The notes under the pieces: model-generated
What the model saw: the letters and a program-made list of their open reading frames with translations, nothing else
What the model was told of the DNA's origin: nothing
The model's database searches: none
Translations under genes and position numbers: made by a program
NCBI GenBank assembly: GCA_051362555.1
Contig: CM120640.1
Span: 36,909,967 to 36,973,966, forward strand
Source: Lingula anatina
Lineage: Eukaryota; Animalia; Brachiopoda
Direction of reading: 5' to 3'
DNA: 64,000 nucleotides
Shown here: positions 38,801 to 50,800 of the stretch, in pieces
Numbering within the stretch: the first letter of the stretch is position 1
Layout of the letters: every line of letters begins with the position of its first letter

Positions 38801-41800
38801 AGATACAATACAAAGAATTACCACAGGGATTCTCAATAATATACCTGGACAAGGTTTGATGCATATCTTTTGGTTGGACATTTCTCTCCATGAGTGATAC
38901 ATTATGTTGTTTGCTTCATCATAGGACCCTCCAATAGCATACAAGAAAAAGAAACAACCGTCTGAAGTATCTGTAAACTGTTTGTCCTTCTCATTATCTC
39001 CTGTGTTGCGATTGCGAGTAAAAGTAATGGTTGTTAGGCCTTCAACCTGTGAGCCTTGGATGTTCTCAATATTATTGGAGGCGTCTATGACTGGTGGACT
39101 CCTACTTGTAGCATATCTGTGTTAAATAGAAAATAAAAACCATTAATGCCTGTCTGAAACTTTCAACAATTTTATGTTGTTCTTATTCTATAACATTCTT
39201 TGGGCCTGTGCAATATGCCTTCTCAAGACTCTGTATCTGCTATCCATGTTTCATTTAATTTGATCATTGACCATTGCTACTCAGTGGTAGGAACATAACT
39301 GAAAAACAGACTACCTTATCTACCTATATACCTATCAGACTACCTATTCTATATAGTAAAAGCACCAAAATACTACACAGAAATGTATTTTTAATGATTC
39401 CATAATTATGTGTCTGAAAAACTGATAATTTTTCTTGGTTGAAATGACTGAACCATTACCAAAAATTTTGTTATTTTACCTGTCATGTGCCACCACTTGC
39501 TGCTCAGAGGTCACCCAGCCAGTTATAATGTCTGCCCCAACCTGGAGATAAACAAATACCACGTGAAGATTCTCATGTTATTCCTACAAAACCTAATTGG
39601 TTTTTTAAGTTCATTGCCTAAAATTACTTTAAAGCCATTGAAGACATAAACTAATTCATCAAAAACATTTGCAAAATGCCCTTGCAAAAGACATCACTAT
39701 CCTATCTTATTATTGCATGTTTCTCATATATGTTTTAAGAAATAGCAGCAATGAAACTTATGCAAATGAATAAATCACTAAAATATCAAAGACACTAAAA
39801 ACTAATCATGTTACCATTGTTCCATCTTCTGAGAATCCAATACCTATCCACTTGCCCAGGGTGTTTTTAGCCTTCATGGTAAATGTTACTTTATCTGTGG
39901 CTGCATTGTATTCCCAGCTGGCTTCATAAGTGCAGTCTGAACCCTGACAAAAACTTATTCTATCTCCACAGCCAGAACTATGGGCATCCCTCCTTTTCCT
40001 TTTGTTTCCAGAGTTTGGTGTGGTTCCGGGTTCTGGTGTGGATTCTGGTTCTGGTGTGGATCCTGGTTCTGGTGTGGATTCTGGTTCTGGAGTAGAATGT
40101 GGTCCTGGTGTGGCTCCAGGTTCTGGTGTTGCTCCAGGTTCTGGTGTGGATCCAGGTTCTGGTGTGGATCCAGGTTCTGGTGTTGCTCCGGGTTCTGGTG
40201 TGGATCCAGGTTCTGGTGTTGCACCAGGTTCTGGTGTGGATCCAGGTTCTGGTGTTGCTCCGGGTTCTGGTGTGGATCCAGGTTCTGGTGTTGCTCCAGG
40301 TTCTGGTGTGGATCCAGGTTCTGGTGTTGATCCGGGTTCTGGTGTGGATCCAGGTTCTGGTGTTGCTCCGGGTTCTGGTGTGGATCCTGGTTCTGGTGTT
40401 GCTCCGGGTTCTGGTGTGGATCCAGGTTCTGGTGTTGCTCCTGGTTCTGGTGTGGATCCAGGTTCTGGTGTTGCTCCGGGTTCTGGTGTGGATCCAGGTT
40501 CTGGTGTTGCTCCAGGTTCTGGTGTGGATCCAGGTTCTGGTGTTGCTCCGGGTTCTGGTGTGGATCCAGGTTCTGGTGTTGCTCCGGGTTCTGGTGTGGA
40601 TCCAGGTTCTGGTTTGCTTCCTGGTTCTGAATCACCATACCCACTGCCTGGCACATTAATATATTTTCCTGCATATTCTGGAAATCTTTGGCACCTAGCA
40701 GTTATACCTAAAATCCAATTATATTTTGCATTAGAATAAGTAAAACAAACCCAATTGTTAAATCACATCAGCTGTGGCCATGTCAGCTATGTTGATAATC
40801 TTTGCAGAAATTCAGTCGTTTTGATAAATTTTGAAGTAAAAATGGGAATATTTACCATCAGGTCTCCAGCCTAATGCTGCATAACTGTTTCCTTCATTGA
40901 TCAGCACCACTTCCAATTCTCTTGTGTCCTGATGAATAAATAATATTATTCATTAAGTATGATTGGCGACTACTTAAATTTTGTAACTTTATCTCAAGAT
41001 GCATGATAAGGTTACAGAACAAAGGACTCCTTCAAATTCAAAATCAGTAAAGTTTCAAATTTACTGATAATGTACGGAAAGACAGAAAAATCCATCTTTA
41101 GTCAACAGCTTTGGCTGGGGCTCATTTATGAAAGTTCATTAAATATTTAACCAAATTATTGTACATACAAAAAATTCCAGCCCAAAAAAAAAAAAAAAAA
41201 AAAGATTTTAAAACAAAAAGTTGTGTATCCATAATGAAAATACTTACTGCAAAATGAACTTAATTTTTTTTTACCTTTAGCACTCTGTAGTAGAGGTCGT
41301 ACTTAGGACTTTGGGAGACCAGAGACACATGAGTGTACAGGGCTTTATTGATGGCTGTACTAGTTACACTGGACTCTGAAAATATGAGATATCATGACAA
41401 GTATGAAAATAAGGCTAGAAAAAATTATTCACAAAGTTACATTAATACACATTTCTCATGGCCAACTACTTTCATTTCCATTTGTTTTAAATCTTTAACA
41501 ACTACAAAATCTCACAAATGCATCTATTACTTATTGACACCTCCATCCACACACATACATGGACATACAAACACATATACACATGCACAAACACAGAATC
41601 CCTTTTACTTTAGATACCTCTCCATACATATTCATTTATCACTACCACCAACTCCATCATTATTGGAAACTCTTATTTTGATTTATCAAGCCTAAAATAG
41701 TTTTACAAATGTACACAAAGACACTGTGTCAAAGAAATCTTTTACCTTTCTCACAATTGGTTCCAAACCATCCAACATCACAGAAGCAGATTCTCTTAGG

Positions 41801-44800
41801 GTAGTTAGTGGCATCTATGTCAACACACTGACCATTGCCACAGTCACTGTCAGATTTACACTCATCTGTAATAATATGAAACAGAATTAAACATGAAACT
41901 GATTATGGAATAGTTCACAACTACATAGTTTATACAATCAAGAACTAGAGCAAACAAATCAAATGCACAATACTTTTTAAGCAGAGATGCACTTCATCAA
42001 GTCGATGGACAGTTGGAAGTTAAGGGTCCAAAAAACAATAATGAACTCTGCTCAAAATACTCTGGTGTTGACAATGTAACATTTGCTGAAACTGACAATG
42101 AGTACATATCCTGATACTGACATTGGATACATATCCTGATACTGACATTGGATACATATCCTGATACTGACATTGGATACATATCCCGATACTGACATTG
42201 GATACATATCCTGATACTTGCATTGGATACATATCGTGACATTGACATTGGACACATATCCTGATACTGACATTGTATACATATCGTGACACTGACATTG
42301 GATACATATCCTGATACTGACATTGGATACATACCCTGATACTGACATTGGATACATATCCTGATACTGACATTGGATACATACCCTGATACTGGCACTG
42401 GTCTCCAACATACATTCCAGTGCATACACATACTCCTTGATCATTTTTACTCCCATGGCCAGAACATTCTGTTGGGGAACCTGAATTCAGAAGGGAAACT
42501 TCCCATTTTAATTTCTCACAAATAAAAAATACAGAGGTCCTGACAAACTTGTACTGGGATTCAGATCACCATACATAATAAGTATTATAAAAGGACAGAG
42601 TTTAAATATAAAAAGTTAATATAAGCATTAATCTTAGATATCATCGTTAGTCAATATTATTTACTTGCAGATATAAATATATTTGGGTTTGTGCATAAAT
42701 GTAATAAAAACATGGAAATGTTATCAATTTTTAGTAGAAAATGAAAACCTATCTAAGTGACTAACCGTAATAACCATGTTTTTTTCTTAAGATGGAAAAG
42801 ATGTAAAACAAAAAGAACACCATAGAAAACGACCAGATTTTTAAATCAGAATAGATTTTTACTTTCTTCAAAATAAAATTTAAAAAAACTCATTAAAATT
42901 CATTAAAGCAAGCCCAGTTTGTGCAGATACATAGATTTGATAAACCAGACAATATAAATAGTTTTGTGTTGCAGGTTAAATAATTACTTAAAAACTTGGA
43001 CATGTCTATTTTTAACAATGAAAGAGTATTTGGCAATAAAGAGCTAATTCTGCCTTTCAAATGGTTAAAGCCCCTTTTAATGGCTTAAAAGGTTTAAAAT
43101 ACCCGTGTAAATTGTTATAGTCAAGCTTTTATTCTGTTTCAGCTTACAACCATAGGACACCTCCAGTTTCAAGCCATGATGCTTTCTACTTAATAATTTA
43201 ATTCTTGCATGATGTAACCTATTAGAAATAGCCTGAATGTAAAAAGGTAACTTTTATACACCCTGAACTTCAGATAACAACAGTACAAATAACCTCTACC
43301 ATCAGATACTGGCATTTTCCCTTCAGCTGCCTGAAAACCACAAGTACACCAATAATAGAGGCGATTTATCAGGAGACACTAAAACTCAGGGTGCTTGCAT
43401 AAAAAAAGCATGTTCTGAAACCAAGGCTGGGATCTACATGTAAAAAGCTTGTGTCCAAACCCTTGCACATTTGTTATTATAAACATAAAAAGGAGGCCTA
43501 CTGAAATGCAGGGTGTTCCAATTCATAGACATACTCCATCCTGAAGGGAAGAAAACATAAGTAGCTTGGTCATATGATGGAATACTGTCCTCAACATGAA
43601 CAGTCCTATTTGGAAATATTGTTTTCTAAAGAATCTTTCTTAGATAATTCATAACTAGACAACAAGGCTTGCAAATATACACACTCAGCAGAAAAAAACT
43701 GTTTTCCTATTGCTCTCTCTTTTAATGTAAACAGGCACAGTCCAGTTAACAATTACTTTGGTAAAATTCTTCAATCATGCTAATTTTTAAAAAGAAACAT
43801 GTCTTTTAACCAAACCAACCCAACAAACTTAAAGTAAGGCAAAAATACAGTTTAGCAAATATAAAGGGTAAACATGCAGTATTTCTGCATGAAAAGTTTC
43901 AAAAACCAAATTGTAAATACATAGAACCCATGCATGCAGGTTGAGAATCTTAGTACCATCCAGGCTGAAAAAACAGTATATTTTTTCCAGGAGGAAATAT
44001 GTTACCAAAATCTATGCAGAGCAAGGGTTGCAGTGGTTAAAATTACAAAAAGAAAGTTTTGCTGAGAGACTTTTTAAAAGTGATAATATTCAGAATATTA
44101 GAATTATCAAAATTTGTCTGAAAAATTGCAGACTAGTCAAATGCCAGGCCCATAGCCAGGGGGGGTTCGGGGGGTTCAAAAGAACCCCCCTTTTTGCTGG
44201 AAAAAGGTCCACTCTGGGTAAAATTTGACCTAGGTACATGGGGATTATATGGTAAAAGGTCCACTTTTTCAGAAAAAGAACCCCCCCTTTGAAATTTCTG
44301 GCTACGGGCCTGAATGCGGCATGCAAAGATGTGTTTACAGCAGAGACTGATTATCACATGCACGAACATCTTCACAAACATTTACATTCAGTGCACATTT
44401 TCAACTAATTGACAGCGGGTCCACGTCTCTGAATCTCAATTTAAACACAACACTGATTGTAAAGCACAACCTTCAGTGCCTAACTGTCTGTTTGTTATGA
44501 AATCATTCAAAAATATCTGTAAATTTAATTGAACTCAGCATGTTTTCTTGTTGGTTTTCTTACAAAACACTCACAAAGACAATTTTTTTATCTTTTTATC
44601 TCAATTATAAAAGTTGACATAAGTTATAAAAGCACACCACAATTCAGTGAAGGCCTTCTTGAAGAAAAGGTTACTTTATTCCAACAGACTCACCTGACTT
44701 GATTTTGATGTCAGCACAAGACCAAAAGCGGTATCCATTTCCCCACTCTAAAGCCTGGCGCAGCAGACGCAGGGTGCACAAATCACAGGTGAAGCCAGCA

Positions 44801-47800
44801 GGGAGAGACACAGTGTGCGACTGCTTACTGAAATACATCCAAAGTAAAGACAATAAACAGACTAAACAAAGCACTCACTACCACTTGCACAGCTTTGTTG
44901 ATGTCCCCATCTCCTTTCAGTCACATTCTTTAATTTCATGTAGTCTGTGGTCTTTAAGATTTCTTTTACCTATTTAATTTAATGTAAGAAGCCTTTTGGG
45001 GACTCTAAAGGGCTTGACTCATAGTTGAAAACATACAAAATACATGGCAACATGGCCTGGTCCAAGGCACTCTGAATGTTTTGGATACTTATTATGATTT
45101 TTTTCAACATCTTCCCAATGTAAACACATTTTTTCTTTTTATCTCAATTATTAAAGTTGACAAAAGCTATAAAAGCACACCACAACTCAGCCAAGGCCTT
45201 ATATCCATGTATATTGACAATGTATTCTCTATTTTGAAGTAAATCTAAGCCAGATAAAACACTTTCCTTTACAATCAACTGATCCAAGAGGGGCATGCTT
45301 GCATTGTATTTTTGTAATTGCTAATACAGGTAGAGCGAGGTTATTCAATCATTTTCCCCTGGTCCTGTTTCACAAAAGCACTGATGTCAAAAGTTTATCT
45401 CAGTCAATACTCACGTTGTGTCATTGCCAGGAAAGTTCCACTGCAAGTTGGTAGCTGTAGGAGCCAATTTGTGTTCCACGCTGCCACTGGCATCTAAGAT
45501 CTCTAGGCGGTAACCACCCTGATGGGGTCAAATCAAAGTATTTAATAATAAGTAAACTATGTCTAGCAAATTTATAGGTCAGGTTAAAATTTGCTAAAAT
45601 AATAACCCCCAGTTAAAATATATGTGTTATAAGCCTCAATAAAACATGTTTTGTTGTTATGTTTTGTTGTAAATAATGAATAATATTATCATCTTTATCA
45701 ATCAATGTAACAAAGTGAAAGTTCTTATAAATTATGTTCTTTGTATTGCCTTTTTTCAATGTTTATTTTTGATAAATCATTAATGAAAATTTTAACCATT
45801 CTAAACTTGAAAGAACAGTTTTATATTGACTTTTTTTATGAATTACAAATGAATGCATGACAAGGTGTAATGCAACTCCAACAGAGAGAAAGCATTCCTC
45901 AGCATCTGTTTAGAATAAAAGAAAATGTTTCAAGAAAAGAAATAAATTACTGAATCTGATAAGAAATATGTTAACAATTGTTTTCTAGTTATGAAATTCC
46001 TGCAGTGTGTTTGATATGAAGTGATAGTTGTTGTGCACCCATGAGTTCCATGAAAAACAATTAAACTCTTTTATAGAGGAAAGCAAACTTCAAAATTAAT
46101 GTTTGCTTTGTTTTAGTCATATAAAATTTATATTAATGTCATTTTTGTATGTCAAACCCTAAACTTTGAAAATGGCAGCTTTTTAAGGCTTCGTTGGGTC
46201 AAAAAGCAATCAAACACTGACATAAGTAAATTCATAAAAAACGTGCTTAAAAAAATCATTATTTAGACAATGTCTGGAATGCTCAGATACACTGGAGGGG
46301 TAAATAAGGTCAAATTTTCTCATTCCTTTTTCATTCAAAAATACACCTGCCTTGGGAAATTTGGCCAGGTATCAAATATGTGCATGACAGTCTCGAGCAT
46401 ACAGTCATGAAGTAATAACCACAGACAATTTGTAGGTCAACCTTCATGGCTGATTACACCACAAATATGGTTATAACCTCTTTTCAAAAGGTATGTGACA
46501 ATTGAAATTCAAGCAGTCAAATACCTTAGATTACCGGCATGCATGCGATGATATAAGTAACATAGTTATGAAATAGTGGACTGGTAGACTACAGAAGAGA
46601 AAAAAGCAGTATTGCAAGATGCATGGGGGAAAACTAACCATAAATGAAATTCCCACCAAAACTGCCAGTTGACACATGTTTAATATGGTTATCATACCTC
46701 AGTACAGGTCTTTTCATAAATATTACTTACAAAATGATAATGACATATGTATATCAGTTTATAATTCAAATTTAATGAAGGATTTTGAAATATCATAAAA
46801 GGGCAGACATATTTGTAAGACTGCAGAAAGGGGAAGGGGGATGAAGAAATGCACAAAGATTAAAATGAAAAATGGGTCCTCCACAAAGTTAGGTTTCATA
46901 TAACAAATGAATGAAAAGAAATTGAAGCTTAACTTAAATCAATATGCAATTCTAAAATGAAGCACATGGTCAATAAAGAATATTTACCAAAATTGTGAAC
47001 CAAAAATAAATTGTGTGTGTTTGTGATTGGGGGGGGGTTGTTTCACAAATCATGATTGTTTTCTCCAGTCATTAGGACAGGTCTTATTTTATAGTTCTTC
47101 ACCACAATTTTTTTCAGCACAAATTCATCAACAAATCACTGGCCAGTAAATTTCTACAGATTTTAGATATGATGAACAGCATGGATTGCTTGGATCGACA
47201 TAACTTTGGTTAATATGAAGAAATAACTACAAACAGCAATAACTAAGCCAACCATGAATTTGCTGTCAACATACAGACACTGCTGGTTTACACAGAGTAG
47301 GACAACACTAATCTTGACCTCCATAAATTATATTACTTAAAGCAACCTCTTTACAAACTCCTAGGTAGTTAACTTAGCAATAACGTATCTTTAACCCTAC
47401 ATAATCAGGTCATAAAATTATCTTTTATGAATGAATCATCCGATCATTTATGATTGCCAAGGGACACTGGTTCCAACAACCAGGTACAAGGTTCCTGTAC
47501 CTGTCAGTGCCAGCCCAGACAACAGTGTTCAGACTGCAGCCTTGAGCCATATTCTCTATACACCTGTCCCCAAGCACCTGCTCTGCTCCTCCATGGCTGC
47601 TCCCATACAGCATTAATTTGATTTTTAATCCTCAGCTAACACAAAGGTATCATTGTCAGAAAAGTTCACTATTTTGTTCTTTGTCTTAAAACCTGAGCCC
47701 ATTTGAACAAGCAGACCTTATAAAACAGCACTTGTCCAAATTAAAGTGTATAGGTCGGAAGATGGAATTTATGGATGAGGGGCATATTATCTGAAACAAC

Positions 47801-50800
47801 TGTTAAATGTCCACTAGTTCAATATGAACAGTATCTTTGAAAATCCACAATTTGTCTATGTTGCCTCATACCCAATCTACCAACAGGTAATTGCCTTAAA
47901 GGTTAATGTTAAATTGGCACAATAATTTTGGAAAAGGATGGTGGATAATAAAAAGGAATATGTCATATGAATTCTGAATTTTGCAATGATTAGCATCATT
48001 TCATATCTCCAGTTAAGAAAAAACTGTAACTGTTTCATCTGGGCGGGTACTTCTCTTTGTTTTATCCATTAAAAATTATCTAAATAACTACTCATAATGA
48101 GAAAAGATTTGCTTCATAAATTATAATATAAATTATTGCCAAACACAGGCCCACAGTCACGTCTTCACAATCTATGGTAATAAAATTAGTCACATAATAA
48201 TAATATGAGTCAGAATAGTCATACACAGGGCAGAGATGAGTACCTTACTGTCTGGACCATGCGTGATGGAGAGACATTAATTCACAGGGATTCATCTAGA
48301 CCTATGATTAATCCTGGTACTTAACATATCACAGTGGTTCTTCAATCAGTTTCACATCAGATCTGGACCAGACCCAGAGTCACTTGTTAAGACATGTATG
48401 TCCACTAAGTAATACAGAGCTGACTGGACACAAGTTAACACATTTTTTTCTTTCATAATGTGCCATTGTTTGGAAAAGTAACAATTAACTATGAAAATCT
48501 GCACCCTGTGAAGCATCCACACATTTGTAAAAATAAAGTACTTTTTAAAGTCACATATTATTGAAAATACATGTCAGGAAATATTTGATAAATAAGTAAA
48601 TAACAATACGTTATTATGATTTATTTAAATGGACTTATAGGGGGAGGTTATGATTCAGTTGATGTTTATTAAATATTATATGCATGAAGTGTTAAAAATA
48701 GATGCATCTTTCCTATGCTTATGTAGTCAGACGCATCCCGAGAAACTTCAACATTAAACAATTATAATTATTTCATACTGATCAAATATCTGGCTTTCAC
48801 ACTCAAAGCCACAGGCATACTGATTAGGCATAGGATTATCAAAGATAGAAATATTCATTTTTAGGAATTCTATATAAAAAAAGGAGAAATGGGATGGGCC
48901 CCAATATTTCAAATTACTCACATCACCCTTCCCTTTGCTTTTGTGAGACACAGCGAATAAATTTATATTTTTGTCAAAAAAAATATATATAAGATTTGTT
49001 GTTTGTGGTTATGATGTTGTCACCAGTACTTGCTTGGAATAAACAATTGTTTGTAAGATAAACAGTTATGCTTCAGGAGACTGACAGCAAAAGTTGAAAA
49101 CAACTGTTACTTTTGTTTTCCAATATTTCTTTTTAGTCTTAAATTTAATTAAAAAACAGGTGCAATTTAAACTTTCTACCAAATAAAATTGAAATATTTA
49201 CCACCCCAAATCTTTTGCCCACCATTCTGATATTTCGTATTTCAAATGAGTCTAATATCACCTGGCACCAACAGTTAAATTCCATGATAGAGTGCATGAC
49301 GTTATGTAATGCCATGGCTCTAACGAAATGGGAAGCAAGAATAATTTATCAAATTTAGTAGTTTCATCTATGGTTTTCTTCTGTGGCAGCTTTAAAATGT
49401 AAAAATTCAGCCTTTTTTCATTATTTTATAATTTCATATTATTTCATAATTTCAGTAACAAAAAGCAATGTATGACACCCAATTTCATCCAAAGGCACAT
49501 AGAAAGTGTTCTGAGATAAAGAACATGTGTAGAGTAATTTGTGGTGGTTTTTTCAAGTTTTTTTTTAAAGCTGAAAGTCTTTTAATATTAATCTTTGAAA
49601 AAATCTCACCTGATGCGGATAAGCCAGATGCCATGTCACAGTAATGTCAGCCCCTTGCTGGAATTCTGTCACCAAGTCACCTGCAAAATGGAATAACAAA
49701 CAAATAAATCGTCACTGAAAATCTCATCCCTGAACCAGACACATGACAAACATGAACAGGTATTTGTTAAACTATTTACCACGTGTTAAACTATTTACCA
49801 TTTGAAAAAGAAATTGTATATAATTTGATTCCCAAAATGCGTCACACCTGGCCTGTCACAGTTAAAAGTGCAGAATTTTTTTATGTATGAAAAGCTTAGT
49901 TCTTATAAACAGGCAAGGCAAAGGGACATTCTGCCGTGTCCCCCCCCAACACTTTATTGATCTTCACTTCAAAATTTTTATCCCACCATTCATGTCAAAT
50001 TAAGAAAAGTTACTCTTTGTTGGCATCTTTCACCAACTTAGTACTAGTAATACAAGTGTTTGGGAAAGATGGGAAACACTGGGAAATTCCACTTCAAATT
50101 TAGTTTCTATTTCATAATAGTTTAACATAAAATGGGAAACATCATTAAATCTTATATGCAGTGTGAACATAACATCTGAGAACAAAAGAACCCAAGGTCT
50201 CAGAAAAATTATCACATTCTGCATTATCAAAGAGAAATGAGGAAAAGAAGAACAAAAACTCCATTCTTGAACTTCCAAAAACTGACCTCTCTATTCAATT
50301 TTGGGGTCTTAAATACTCAAATCACAATATCCCTGTATAATAAAACCATTGCCATCCAGATAAGTTGCCCCTGATAGCACGTAGAAGCCACCCATTACTA
50401 CCACCCCTGGGTATCACTGAATATCTAACAGCATACCTGTCTCATCACACTGTAAAAGAGAGGGCTCAACCAGCCTCGGAACCAGGGTAAATTAACACCA
50501 AATTACACAGCACTGCATCAGAAACAAGTGACAATATGTGTGATAAAATCGGAGTAACTGCATGACTTTCTTCTTAAGGTTGTAATTATGGTAAGTATGC
50601 CACTAATTAACATAGCATGATTATTATTATATCAATCTAAAAGATACTGGTGAAAGTGTGACTGACACCACTTGGTTGTGATGAAGTGATAAGCAACCAT
50701 ACAAAAGAATGCCTGTTTTGACATTAAGGATTGCCCCTACAACTAGCCCTACCCTTTACTCATTAAAATACAATGATGGTTTGTCTCGATCTTCATCCAC

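Noticed and set aside
37307-40739. Plus-strand [12 protein letters not shown] elastin-like ORFs and the alternative-frame Q/N/H or V/L/W ORFs
   Set aside because: Antisense or off-frame shadows of the PEPGST coding arrays; splice sites support only the minus-strand frame.
41997-42456. Cys/Tyr-rich repeat ORFs in three frames; superficial CRISPR-like regularity
   Set aside because: Produced by a spacer-less 25-bp intronic minisatellite in a eukaryote; only 42480-42385 is exon.
43300-43330. Possible microexon (AEGKMPVSD) between the His-brace domain and EGF1
   Set aside because: The stronger acceptor gives an immediate stop, the donor GTAGAG is weak, and it is not needed for frame.
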